A stretch of 64,000 nucleotides of DNA from contig JAHQJS010000004.1 of NCBI GenBank assembly GCA_019057385.1, forward strand, positions 288,001 to 352,000, written 5' to 3'. Source of the DNA: Candidatus Borrarchaeum weybense (GTDB lineage: Archaea > Asgardarchaeota > Sifarchaeia > Borrarchaeales > Borrarchaeaceae). Of the stretch, positions 21,502 to 32,258 are shown piece after piece (the stretch's first letter is position 1; each line of letters opens with the position of its first letter). The notes below the pieces were generated by a model. The model searched no databases and was not told the DNA's origin. It saw nothing but the letters and a program-made list of their open reading frames with translations. The translations under genes were made by a program, and so were the position numbers.

Positions 21502-22281
21502 ATGCCTGTTATAATGGCTTCTAAAACAGTTTCTTATACAGATATAGGTTATTATGTTGACCTGAATGGATTACATGATAAATTTCCTCATTTATCTAGA
21601 GACAGAGGCCTCGAAATTTATCTCGTTGAACTTAGGGACGAACAAAATAAACTTATAAAGAGACTCAAACCATTTGAGAGACTTCAGTTAAAAACAGATC
21701 AATATTGGAATAAGGGATTAAATAAAAACGTACTATGCTTATTGTTACCTGAAAATATGGTCTCAAAATTTAACATCGGAAAAAACTACAAAATAACATT
21801 CATCATTATAAAATACGACGGAAAACCGTTCTTACCCTTAGAAAACAGAATAATAGGCTATAACACTTTTAGAGTATCAGAATATTTCTCTAAAATTGAA
21901 GCTAATTTGCTTTTATTAAGTTTAGAGCAACCTATTCTTAATAAGGCTAGTAGTTACTTATGGGATGCTTGGTTAAGGTTAGAAGAAGGTGACATTGAAG
22001 GTGCCAGGACTGCTATAAGAAATTCTCTAGATGTATTAAAACAGAAGTTTCTACCACAATTAATACTTCTGGAAGGGGCTGAAGAATCAAGCGAATTTCC
22101 CAGCAAATTAAGGAACTTAGCGACCGCCATTAGCAACTTTTTACATTATGGAGGGCCTCATCCAGGACCTGCTCCAAAATCAACTACTGAGCTGACTCTT
22201 TCGCTGACTATAGACTTAATACGATATCTTGCCATAGCACTAAGGCAGGGGCTTATCGTATTTCAAGAAAACGAGAAGTAA
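21502..22281 (+). CDS. hypothetical protein, C-terminal HEPN/DUF4145-like helical domain
   Basis: GGTGA SD; ARTAIRNSL...SNFLHYGGPH pattern. Confidence 0.5.
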   Translation: MPVIMASKTVSYTDIGYYVDLNGLHDKFPHLSRDRGLEIYLVELRDEQNKLIKRLKPFERLQLKTDQYWNKGLNKNVLCLLLPENMVSKFNIGKNYKITFIIIKYDGKPFLPLENRIIGYNTFRVSEYFSKIEANLLLLSLEQPILNKASSYLWDAWLRLEEGDIEGARTAIRNSLDVLKQKFLPQLILLEGAEESSEFPSKLRNLATAISNFLHYGGPHPGPAPKSTTELTLSLTIDLIRYLAIALRQGLIVFQENEK

Positions 22282-22534
22282 GCATTAAAATTACGAAAAC
22301 ATATTGCTTACAATTCTGTCAAAGCAGGAGTCATCAACGGGTCTAATTAACTGCATAAGTAGGAGTTAACTGCATAAGCCCAAAATTCTGCCAAATTGAT
22401 GACAGGATGATGCCCCCTATCAATTTTCTCCTATTTGAACTCAATGCTTTGTGCGATAAGGTGCGAGATGTGTACTAAATTGTGTGGTTTATTAATGAAC
22501 TGTCCTCTAAGATATAAAGGAGTCGTCGATCACC

Positions 22535-24061
22535 ATGATACAGACCATCAAATTCCGAATGTATCCCGATGAGATACAAAAACATCAACTCCATGAGATC
22601 CTCACCATCTATAACCGCGTGAAACGCATCGGCTATAACCTGTTGTTTCATGGCGAGAACTATATGACCGCACGATTTGGTGAAGTTAAAACTATCCAGC
22701 AGTGTTTGATGAGTCTATGTCATAACAACCCCTATGTTAACACCATCCTGATCGATAACAAGCAGAAACTGGAAGCACAAAAAACATGGCTGGAAAAACG
22801 ACGGAACTACATGACCACACAACTAAAAACCATTACTAAAAAAATCAACACCATAAAGGAACAGAATAAACATGACCGACGGTTAAAGGGCTTATACGCC
22901 CGCAGATCCTCGATAATGGCCAAACTACGCAAGTTACACCTTGAACCCGTGGTGTTTGGCACCAAGAAATTGTTCAGAGACAGAATACTCGGTAAAATAA
23001 GTAGAGAAGACTTTAGAATACAGCGAGATTCCTCTTTTAGTTGTGTGGGAATAAAGCAAAAGGGTGCTAAAAACTGGAATATCAAAATATTTCCAGATAA
23101 AACAGTTAAGCTACGAACTTTTTCCAAGCAAAAAGGGCGCAAATGGCTGATCATTCCCTTGTCTGTCAACCAAGTACAGGAGAAATGGTTTCAGGAAATC
23201 CTTAATGCTGATAAATACACGGTAACCGTAAAAAGGAAGCTCTTCAAGGGTGAAGTGTGCTATTTTGTCCATGTGTCCTATGAGATCCCCGAACCCGCAC
23301 CAAATTATGGATATGAACATGGTGCCATCGGAATAGATTTCAACTATAATTTTGTGGCGTTAACCAATGTGGATAACAACGGCGAATTACTCTCCTACCA
23401 TAGCATTTCGTTTGACAACCTTCATACCTATAGAACCGATAAGTGTAACGATTATATCTCCTATAAGATGGATAACATCGTCAATTATTGTATCAATAAG
23501 GGCAAAGGCATCGTGGTCGAGGACTTACAATTCGACCAAGAGTTTTCCTACAATACAAAACGCAACCGCAAATTGAGCAATATAAAAACCACCGCTCTAC
23601 CATTACTGGAGCGGAAGTGCAAAAAGCGCGGTGTGTCCTTTCGAAAGGTATTCCCGGGATATACCTCCCTCATCGGGAAATACAAGTATTCCCGATTATA
23701 TAATTTGTCAATCCATCACCTTGCAAGTTATGTAATAGCTCGAAGAGGGCTGGGTTTCAAGGAAGCAATTCCAGCCGTCTACGATTGGGTGCTCTCACAC
23801 GTTGAGGAGTACATCGAGCCTCATGTGAAAAAGAGTAGTCCTTACCATAGCTAGGCGATGATCCATGACCTCTTCGAGCACAGCGGGATAACCTCCTTCA
23901 AGACTGCTGAGATACTGTGCAAAACGGTATTAATGAAGCATGTGTTGAACTCGGTGACGAGCGCACAGCCCGATAACCTTAAGGCTGGTCTTTCCTCTCA
24001 CGGAAAGATTGAGGATTATCATAAAACGTGGAATGTCGTTAATAATTTCACAGTTTTATAA
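22535..24061 (+). pseudogene. TnpB-related RuvC protein (IS200/IS605/IS607 accessory type) with internal stop at 23852-23854
   Basis: IGIDFN, VVEDL, YTSLIG...HLASYVIARRG; TAG where the paralog at 35084 has TGG; the frame continues to 24061. Confidence 0.85.
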
Positions 24062-24162
24062 ATAATCGTAAGGTTTGCCTGCAAGAATTGTATAAGCCTG
24101 TTTAGCTTCACTTCCATGTCATTAGTGTTTTAATATTTTTAAACAAAAACAACAAAGAAATC

Positions 24163-25308
24163 ATGATTCTAATGAATGGCTTTAAATTTTATTTGCCCAC
24201 TAGGGTTGTTTTTGAAAAAGGCGCACTGTCAAGAATCGGCGAATTTGCCTCTAGATTTGGAAAGAAATGTCTTTTAATGACAGGCAAAAATTTCGCAAGA
24301 AAACATGGCTATACCGATGATATTTTAGAGAAACTTAGCAATTTTGAATTACGAACACACCTATTCGAAGAAGTTGAACCAAATCCGACTAAGAAAACTG
24401 TGTTAAAGGCTGTTGATAACTTCTTAAATAATGAATGTGAGGTAATAATAGCTTTTGGTGGAGGAAGCGTTATTGACGCAGCAAAGGCGGTTGCACTTAT
24501 TTCAAAATTAGGAGGTCAAATTGAAGACTATTTTTTTCCAAATATTGTTGAAAAAGAAATATATCCTGTTATCGCAATTCCTACGACATGTGGCACTGGG
24601 AGTGAAGCAACTAGGTATGCAGTTATAACAGATAATGATGAAGGATTAAAAAAAACAATTTCAGGTGATCCGCTCGTTCCTAGAATTGCTTTACTTGATG
24701 TAAACAATCTGAAGCATATCCCTAAAGAGGTTTTTTCCAATACAAGTGCTGATACCTTTTGTCATGCAATTGAATCATTTGTGAATATCAAATATACACA
24801 TCTCTCGGATCTATTTGCTAAGGAATCAATCAAATTTGCCTTTGATAATGTTGTTGAGGCATACAAAGGAAACGAAGATAGCAAAGAACATATGTTATAT
24901 GCCAGTCTTTTAGCTGGAGTGGCAATTAACTTCTCTGGTTCAACTGCAGTTCATGCTCTTGGATATTATTTGACCTCAAAACACGGAATTCCTCATGGGT
25001 TAGCCAGTGCCGTATTCTTGCTACCTGTCTTAGAATACGAAAAAGACAGCATTTCTGATAGGATTTATGAACTTGCGTATGCAATGCGGCTCAAACAGAC
25101 AGATCCCGAATACTTTATCAATGCATTAAATCAGAAATTTCATGAAATTGGTATAATTAGATCTCTTTTAGACCTAGGCATCGGATATGGGGAGAAGGAA
25201 AATATTATCAGGAAAGCTCTTTTGTTTTCAAGAAACCTTGACAATAATCCAGTAAAACTAGAGGTAAAAGACTTGACAACAATTGTTGACATGGCGTATA
25301 CTCGATGA
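24163..25308 (+). CDS. iron-containing alcohol dehydrogenase family protein
   Basis: GGGSVIDAAK, IPTTCGTGSE, HALG, PHG. Confidence 0.92.
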   Translation: MILMNGFKFYLPTRVVFEKGALSRIGEFASRFGKKCLLMTGKNFARKHGYTDDILEKLSNFELRTHLFEEVEPNPTKKTVLKAVDNFLNNECEVIIAFGGGSVIDAAKAVALISKLGGQIEDYFFPNIVEKEIYPVIAIPTTCGTGSEATRYAVITDNDEGLKKTISGDPLVPRIALLDVNNLKHIPKEVFSNTSADTFCHAIESFVNIKYTHLSDLFAKESIKFAFDNVVEAYKGNEDSKEHMLYASLLAGVAINFSGSTAVHALGYYLTSKHGIPHGLASAVFLLPVLEYEKDSISDRIYELAYAMRLKQTDPEYFINALNQKFHEIGIIRSLLDLGIGYGEKENIIRKALLFSRNLDNNPVKLEVKDLTTIVDMAYTR

Positions 25309-25339
25309 CAAGAAAATAGAAGAACTTGCTAATGATCTT

Positions 25340-26296
25340 TCATATAAGGACCAATATTCCAGCCAGATCAACTAAAATAGCATAAAATCGTGCGAGAATT
25401 GAGAAGGCAGATGAACTAGCGGCTTCTTGTCCAAAGACCAAAGTAAAGATAATTACGATTCCTGATTCTTGCAATCCAAGACCTGCAGGTGTAATAGGAA
25501 CGAAAGAAAGTGCAGTGAGAAGTGGATGAATCATTACAAACCCGAAATATGAAATACCAGTTATGTTAAGTGAGAGTGCGATTAAATACCATTGGAGCCC
25601 TTTAAGAAGCCAAGATACCGAAGTAAAGCCTATTGCATGTGGGATCACTGGTTTTATTTTCTGGCCTTGTTGTTGAAAATCAGAAAATTTAGGTAGCAGC
25701 TTTGCTAGTATCTTTCCGATTAGAGGAATCTTGCATAACCATTGAACAATACCTTCAGCTTTTTCAGACCAGACAATAATGCCAAGTATTACCGCCACAA
25801 TAAAGAGGAATATGGTTCCAATAAGTAATACAATAAACAAAATCTGATTCTCAATAGTGAAACCAATGAAGATTAATCCGATTCCACATCCAAATACTTT
25901 AATGAAGAATTCCAAAGACTGAAGACCAATGATTGCAGATAGACTTGAAGAATAGGCAACATTTGCTCTTTTTTTGAGGAAGTAAGGGACTGTAAAATAG
26001 CCAACGCGTCCAGGAGTTACATCGCTATAGAGCATGCCCCCTAGATGACACAGAAAGACTTGTACGAAAGGAACCTGAATGTCCATATATTTTAGAACGA
26101 AATGATAACGAAATGCCAGAACTAAATTGTCTATCGCATAAAACACTAAAGCTAAGATGAAGAGTGATAACTCGATGCTCACGATGGCGTCAAGAAAATC
26201 ACTCCATCCTACTTGCCACAAGAGAAGTATGAGAATCGCAATACCTAATAGCGCTTGCAATATAACATTGCGTTTGGAAGAGATTACGTTTGACAA
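25340..26296 (-). CDS. UPF0104/lysylphosphatidylglycerol synthase TM family membrane protein
   Basis: VTPGRVG, PITPAGLGLQE, multiple TM segments. Confidence 0.85.
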   Translation of the reverse strand: MSNVISSKRNVILQALLGIAILILLLWQVGWSDFLDAIVSIELSLFILALVFYAIDNLVLAFRYHFVLKYMDIQVPFVQVFLCHLGGMLYSDVTPGRVGYFTVPYFLKKRANVAYSSSLSAIIGLQSLEFFIKVFGCGIGLIFIGFTIENQILFIVLLIGTIFLFIVAVILGIIVWSEKAEGIVQWLCKIPLIGKILAKLLPKFSDFQQQGQKIKPVIPHAIGFTSVSWLLKGLQWYLIALSLNITGISYFGFVMIHPLLTALSFVPITPAGLGLQESGIVIIFTLVFGQEAASSSAFSILARFYAILVDLAGILVLI

Positions 26297-26415
26297 AAAA
26301 TCTCACCAATTCTAAATTGAGTTATATGAATGAATTGTGAGAGACAATATCTTATTTTTAAGTTTTGGGACAGATGGGATGAGGGATTCTATTGAAAGAG
26401 AGTGGTTGCCAAAAA

Positions 26416-27339
26416 TTATAACTTTTCGAAAAACGCAATAAACTTAACATAACAAGAAGTGTCTACTTCTTTTTCGTTTTGAATGATGTAAAGAGTCAAT
26501 TTTAGGTCTTTTAAATTCTTTCTAATTCTTTCAATTAGATGTGGAATATCATAAAAGCGGCCGTGCCGATTCACATAACCTTTTGCACAATATAACGTAG
26601 CCTCTCTTTCAAAATTTATACCGCTTCGTGGTAGAACAATTGGATCTGTTTGTATTGCGTACTTGGTAAAAAGATAAAGAGGTAAGATACAAAGTTTTCC
26701 TCCTTTTCTAAGAACCCTGCTAGCTTCTTTGATGAATTTAATATCTAAATTTCCCTCAAAATGCTCAAAAGAACAGTGTAAAGCCATTTTCGTGCAAAAA
26801 TCATCATCTACAGGCATATTAGACGCATCACCACCGATAGTGTTTCCATGAATACCCCTCGGAAATGCTAAATCCTGTCGATACGCCTTACATCTGTATA
26901 ATTTCTGATATATCCCTGAGGTAGGAGAGTTCCCGCTGGCAATATCTATGTATATATCGTCTTTAGAAAGATCTAATAGATTTGCCGCTAAATAATGTTC
27001 AAGGGATTTCTCAATAAAATTCTTCGCGTTACGATCTTTATAGTAATCTGGAAATTTGTGATATTCTGCCTTTCTCATATATTGCTTATAGTCCGCTATA
27101 TTAACTTCCAAATTGATAATATTGAAATTATTCGTTTTTATCTCACCTAAAATTGCATTTACAATTTCAGGATCATCGTGAGGAACCCAGGATTTTACCT
27201 TGGGTTCACGAAGAGAATAATATCTATAGTTCCAGAGTATCATATCCTTCACTTTTCGCAATATTTGAAAAGAAGGATTATGTACTCTATGTAAATATCT
27301 GTCGCTACTATAAGATTTACTCATACGAAATTTCAACAT
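26416..27339 (-). CDS. SAM-dependent methyltransferase-like protein
   Basis: IDIASG, SFEHF, RVLRKGG. Confidence 0.75.
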   Translation of the reverse strand: MLKFRMSKSYSSDRYLHRVHNPSFQILRKVKDMILWNYRYYSLREPKVKSWVPHDDPEIVNAILGEIKTNNFNIINLEVNIADYKQYMRKAEYHKFPDYYKDRNAKNFIEKSLEHYLAANLLDLSKDDIYIDIASGNSPTSGIYQKLYRCKAYRQDLAFPRGIHGNTIGGDASNMPVDDDFCTKMALHCSFEHFEGNLDIKFIKEASRVLRKGGKLCILPLYLFTKYAIQTDPIVLPRSGINFEREATLYCAKGYVNRHGRFYDIPHLIERIRKNLKDLKLTLYIIQNEKEVDTSCYVKFIAFFEKL

Positions 27340-27389
27340 CCAAACAAAAATTTCCCCTGATAACCTTATTAGAGTGTTTATATGATTCT

Positions 27390-27962
27390 TTATTTAGTTT
27401 TTTTCTTTCGCATAATAACTCTTTTATTTAATAAAAGCTCAAGATACGAGCGTCTTTCAAGATCCTCAAAAGGGACACCTAAAATTTCTAAAAAATTCAA
27501 TATCTTTGATCGTTCGCTCGCAATTTCTTTTTGTGTTTGAACTAGAACTTCGACTTCTATGAATTCTCCTAAATCCTTAACAAAATCTATTGAAATATAA
27601 AGATCGTTAAATCGGAAAAGTAAGCGTTTTTTTAATACCTTTGTAACAGGCTGAAATCCTATTTTCTCCAAAATAACTTGAATAACCTGAAGTGTTTTTT
27701 GATCTTTAATTTTTACTGAAATTTCTTCTCTAGTTTTATCGATAAGGTTACCTATTTTAGGACCTTTATAGGTTAAAGCAGATTCTTCTCCTGATGAAAT
27801 TCTAATTCGCAATGCTTCATCTGTTATTTTAAAATCTCTATCTGGCGCGTTAAAATAAATGTCTTCTTGGTAGATTTCCTTAAGGAATGTGGCTTGAGTG
27901 TTGAGTCGCTTTATGATCTCATTTGGATGCGAAATTTTCGCTTTTACCTCAACTTCTATCAT
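27390..27962 (-). CDS. cyaB: class IV adenylate cyclase/CYTH protein
   Basis: MIEVEVKA, DEALRIR, TYKGPK, RSYLELL. Confidence 0.9.
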   Translation of the reverse strand: MIEVEVKAKISHPNEIIKRLNTQATFLKEIYQEDIYFNAPDRDFKITDEALRIRISSGEESALTYKGPKIGNLIDKTREEISVKIKDQKTLQVIQVILEKIGFQPVTKVLKKRLLFRFNDLYISIDFVKDLGEFIEVEVLVQTQKEIASERSKILNFLEILGVPFEDLERRSYLELLLNKRVIMRKKKTK

Positions 27963-28029
27963 CTGGCTCTTCGAACTCCTTTTGCTATTCACAAAAAATC
28001 TTGAGGGCAACAATTCCACTCGCAAACGA

Positions 28030-28920
28030 TTAATATTCTTCACATTCTGGATGGCCAGCAGGACCTATATGAACTGTGACATCGCGAACACCTGGTACTT
28101 TTTCTATTAAGGTTTTTTCTACTTTATCTGCTATGTCATGTCCATCATGCACAGAGATTTCTGGATCAACCATTATATGAAGGTCGATTAAGATTTTGTT
28201 ATATTGCCCCCTCGATCTGATTTTGTGGGAGTCAACAACGCCATCAATTTGATTTACAATTGACTTTATCTTTGCCGGATCTATTACGGATGTATCTACA
28301 AGAATATGGATGCTCTCGTGTGCGATCTCAATACCAGTGTGAAAAATCATTACAGCTACGAAGACTGCTATTATGGAATCAAGTATAGGGACTCCTAACA
28401 AAATCCCAATAAAACTCACAAGAACAGATGCGGAAACAAAAATGTCGCTACGGGTATGAAGTGCATCCGCCATAAGAATTGAACTTTCGAGGGTTTTTCC
28501 CTTGTTTTGTTCGTATATTGTCGTGATGAAATTGACGATTATGGTGCCTATGACGATGACAAAACTGAAAATGTCGACTCTTGTCGTTTCAGGAACCATA
28601 AATCGTTCTATAGCGCTTTGTATAATTTCTATGCCTGTTAAAAAGATCATGGCAGCAATTACTATCGCGGCAACCGTTTCATATTTCCAGTGCCCATAAG
28701 GATGTTCGGTATCGGCAGGTTTTGTAGCCAGCCTAATGCCAATCAGACCAATAACATTGGAACTTGCGTCGAAGAGTGAATGAAATGCGTCCGCAGTCAG
28801 GCTTAGAGAGTTAGTGATACTTCCGTAGATGCCCTTTGAAAGCGCTACTGAAAGATTTACAATTAGAATAATTATGAGCGTTCTTTTGATAGCCTGATAA
28901 CGATCAAACACGTGCATCAC
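28030..28920 (-). CDS. cation diffusion facilitator transporter
   Basis: DAFHSLFD, HPYGH, DALHTRSD. Confidence 0.93.
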   Translation of the reverse strand: MMHVFDRYQAIKRTLIIILIVNLSVALSKGIYGSITNSLSLTADAFHSLFDASSNVIGLIGIRLATKPADTEHPYGHWKYETVAAIVIAAMIFLTGIEIIQSAIERFMVPETTRVDIFSFVIVIGTIIVNFITTIYEQNKGKTLESSILMADALHTRSDIFVSASVLVSFIGILLGVPILDSIIAVFVAVMIFHTGIEIAHESIHILVDTSVIDPAKIKSIVNQIDGVVDSHKIRSRGQYNKILIDLHIMVDPEISVHDGHDIADKVEKTLIEKVPGVRDVTVHIGPAGHPECEEY

Positions 28921-29103
28921 TCCCGTATGCTTCTCTTGAAGCTTTGCATTCTAAAAACTTTTCCTTTTTTAGCGAACTAAATAGCATGTTCCTCTTTCTC
29001 AAAAAATATAAGCAGAGAGTACAAAAAAAAGAGTTTTATTCAGAATGTTGTGCCCAGAAATCATTTGCTTATTAATTGAAATATTCTTGAAGGAGGTAAA
29101 CAT

Positions 29104-29217
29104 ATGACGAAAGTGGGCGAGCAATATCTTTGTGAGATCTGCGGAAATAGAGTAAAGGTACTAGAATCGGGAGTTGGAACGTTAGTTTGTTGTGGAGAAG
29201 ATATGGTTCTTCAGTAA
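29104..29217 (+). CDS. desulforedoxin-type FeS4 iron-binding small protein (below ORF-track cut-off)
   Basis: [37 protein letters not shown]; GGAGG SD. Confidence 0.9.
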   Translation: MTKVGEQYLCEICGNRVKVLESGVGTLVCCGEDMVLQ

Positions 29218-29234
29218 AGATCGGTATTTTATAA

Positions 29235-30197
29235 TTGCAAAAGCATTTAGCGGTGAACGATTTGGCAAACTATGATGAGCTTGAAGTTGTAGAGATGTTA
29301 GAAAAAGTAAGCCTTAGTGTGGTGAATATAGGTACCCTAAAACTTATGCAACGCAATTTCTATCAAGCGGTACCCGTTCGAGGAGCGGGATCAGGCATCA
29401 TAATAGAAGAAGACGGACTGATTTTAACAAATAGACACGTTATTGAAGGTGCTAAGGAGATCGCGATAGCATTTACAGATGGAAGTGTAGTAAAGGGCAT
29501 TATCATTGGCGGTTGCACAACCCATGATATCGCTGTGATCCAAGTTGAGAAAAAAGATCTCCCTGTCGCTGAATTGGGAGATTCAGAAAAAATGCGTGTG
29601 GGTCAAAGAGTTTATGCAATTGGTAATCCATTAGGGCTTGTAGGAGGACCCTCTGTCACTTTTGGAGTTGTAAGTGCGCTGAACCGAACTATTAAAACAC
29701 AAAAAGGCATGATTGAAGGTCTCCTCCAGACCGACGCGGCTATTAACCCAGGTAACAGCGGTGGTGCATTGGTTGACATACAAGGAAATATTATCGGTGT
29801 CAACACCGCAATTATTCCCTTTGCCCAGGGCATCGGCTTCGCAATCCCCATGAATATAGCTAAACAATGTAGCACCGAAATTGTTGCCAATGGAGCTCAT
29901 ACAAAAGCCTTTCTAGGTATCAGTGGATTAACTTTAACAAAAGAAGTAGCAGCTTATTATGGTTTCCCAACAGAACAGGGCGTTTTTCTCGCACAAGTTG
30001 GCAGAGGAAGTCCTGCAGAAAAGGCTGGAATAATTCCTGGCGACATTGTTCTCGAATTTAATTGAAAAGAAATAAATACGGCTGAAGAATTAGTAGCTGA
30101 AATCGAGAAAATAAATCCTGGGGATAAAGTGGAAATAGTAATTCTTCGCCAGGCTAAGAAACGAACTGTTTCAGTAATTCTAGAAGCAACGCCATGA
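29235..30197 (+). pseudogene. HtrA/DegP serine protease with in-frame TGA in the PDZ domain
   Basis: TNRHV, DIAV, INPGNSGG; after TGA at 30063-30065 the frame continues KEINTAEEL...LEATP*. Confidence 0.8.
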
Positions 30198-30308
30198 AAT
30201 AGCAAAAACGCGACTATTTTGTGGAACGTTCCATATCTTTTTATTTTTTTTCCCAATATGTCCGCAAGATATTTTCTTATGTTATTGCTTTGTTAATTCT
30301 ATGCAAGG

Positions 30309-31286
30309 ATGTTGAGGCACTTGTCTGTTGACGAAGGATTAGTAAAAGAACTTGCAGGAAAGTACAGATATCTTAAATATATGATAAAGCGTTATTTGGA
30401 AATGTTTGGGAAAGAAGAAACCGTACAGTTTCTTGAAGCAAATGAACAACGATTAATGCCTACCTTGCGCTGCAATACGCTACGTATTGATGAAGAGGAT
30501 TTTGTTAACTTATTTACTAAGAAAGGCTTTATTCTTGAAAAAATTCCTCGTATCGCATATGGTTATAGAGTTTTCAAAATCCCCTTTCCTTTAGGGGCTA
30601 CAAATGAATATCTACTAGGTTTTTATTTTCTACAATCCGAAGCTTCTATGATTCCTGTTCAGGTTCTTGATCCAAAACCAGGCGAGATTGTAATTGATTT
30701 AGCTGCCGCGCCAGGCGCAAAAACCACCCAGATTGCTCAATTTATGAAAAATAAAGGAGTTATTATTGGTATTGACATTAATCGAAAGCGTACTAAAAGT
30801 CTTCGATCAAACCTGTCTCGATGTGGTGTATATAATGCATTGATTATTCGTATGGATGGTCGTCAAATATCTGGTCTTGGTATACAAGCCGACAAAGTAT
30901 TATTGGACGCACCGTGTACTGGTGAAGGACTTATTCCTCGTGATCCTACACGAAAGACAAGTCGTGAATTAAAAGATATATTGTATGTCTCTGAATTGCA
31001 AAAAAGTCTTATAGATGCCGCAGTAGCCTGTTTAAAACCAGGTGGAAGTCTAGTCTATTCGACATGTGCAATTGCGCCTGAAGAAAATGAGTTTGTGATA
31101 GATCATGCACTCAAGAATGAAGATATTCATGTTAGAAAGATGGATTTTAATGGAGGATCCCCTGCCTTTTCTGATGTAATATTCGAAACAACGCTTCATC
31201 CTTCAATCAAAGAAGCGCGAAGACTTTATCCTCATAAAGATGGAACTGAAGGGTTTTTTATTTGCAAACTTCAAAAGGATAGCTGA
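30309..31286 (+). CDS. NOL1/NOP2/Sun RNA m5C methyltransferase
   Basis: AAAPGAKT, LDAPCTG, YSTC. Confidence 0.93.
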   Translation: MLRHLSVDEGLVKELAGKYRYLKYMIKRYLEMFGKEETVQFLEANEQRLMPTLRCNTLRIDEEDFVNLFTKKGFILEKIPRIAYGYRVFKIPFPLGATNEYLLGFYFLQSEASMIPVQVLDPKPGEIVIDLAAAPGAKTTQIAQFMKNKGVIIGIDINRKRTKSLRSNLSRCGVYNALIIRMDGRQISGLGIQADKVLLDAPCTGEGLIPRDPTRKTSRELKDILYVSELQKSLIDAAVACLKPGGSLVYSTCAIAPEENEFVIDHALKNEDIHVRKMDFNGGSPAFSDVIFETTLHPSIKEARRLYPHKDGTEGFFICKLQKDS

Positions 31287-31833
31287 AAAAATGATTAAGT
31301 TTCGACTTTCAACTCACGAAGAACTCAAGTTTATTCAAAATGCTATTGATAACCTATTTGGCGAAAAAATTGCAGAGAAGTTTATTCAGAATAAACATCT
31401 CATCATCGGAGAAGGAAAGTGGAAAGAAATCTTTTTAGTATCTGACAGAATGATTACGATTTTAGAAGCGATAGCTGATAAAAAGCAGCCGTACTCTATA
31501 GGGATGCAAATAGGAGAGCTAGACAAAAACAAAAAATTTAAATTGAGTCTCGAAGCCGTTTTTGAGATAGTGAAATTTACTTCGCATAAAATTCAACTAA
31601 CCGCAAAAGGAGCACAAACTATTCTCTATGGAAGAAATATTTCCTTTTCTGCAGTTGATAAAATATGTTATAAAGCAAGAAAAGGTGATTATGCCATCCT
31701 TCTTGATGAAAACGGCTTTCCAATAGGGCTTGGTAAAATCCTCCATGATTTTGCGAAAATGCAACGAAATCGATTTAAAATATGTATAAAGAATATGATA
31801 GATCTTGGATGGTATCTAAGAAAAGGAGAATAG
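31240..31833 (+). CDS. NIP7-like PUA ribosome biogenesis protein
   Basis: ILYGRNI, DLGWYLR; follows the Nop2 homolog; start may be downstream. Confidence 0.8.
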   Translation: MELKGFLFANFKRIAEKMIKFRLSTHEELKFIQNAIDNLFGEKIAEKFIQNKHLIIGEGKWKEIFLVSDRMITILEAIADKKQPYSIGMQIGELDKNKKFKLSLEAVFEIVKFTSHKIQLTAKGAQTILYGRNISFSAVDKICYKARKGDYAILLDENGFPIGLGKILHDFAKMQRNRFKICIKNMIDLGWYLRKGE

Positions 31834-31851
31834 ACAATAAGGGTGTTAAAA

Positions 31852-32250
31852 GTCAATCACCCCCTCACTTGTGAGGGGGCTTGTTCCGTGAGGAACAAGA
31901 GTAATTGGTTGATTAGCCTAAGAGAGGTCGTGGTGGAACACACATGACGGTATCTACGTTATCAGGAGAGTTAAAGAACACACCAAGGGATGCTTCTCTA
32001 GTCCCGTGCTCTGTAAACGGTGGTTTAAACAGAGAGGAAACTCTCAGTGATCACCGTAGAGTACTGACTGATAACTTTGGCGAAGAGAACCTACTCCCCT
32101 GGTGTTGGGAGCGGCGGGACTTGCGAGTACCCGTCATTAAAACACCACCCGAGGTTGGGTTACACCAATCCCTGTCTCCGCAGAAAGGGTTGTGTGGTCA
32201 AATACCTGACCTCAATTCCTCCCCCCAACACGGTGGGGGGTTTCCTTGAG
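31852..32250 (+). mobile_element. non-autonomous IS200/IS605 element carrying an IscB/IsrB-type omega (HEARO-like) RNA, no nuclease ORF
   Basis: Starts GTCAATCACCCC with hairpin; internal CTACGTT, GGATGCTTCTCTAGTCC..CTCT and TTGGCGAAGAG motifs; ends CAATTCCTCCCCCC...GGGGGGTTTCCTTGAG followed by GTAA (TTAC on the minus strand). Confidence 0.85.
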
Positions 32251-32258
32251 GTAATCTT

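Noticed and set aside
23852-23854. Pyrrolysine readthrough of the TAG in the TnpB-related gene
   Set aside because: The paralog has TGG (Trp); a single transition explains it, and no pyl genes are in the window.
30063-30065. Selenocysteine or TGA-to-Gly recoding in HtrA
   Set aside because: The position is not a Cys site, and many genes here end normally at TGA.
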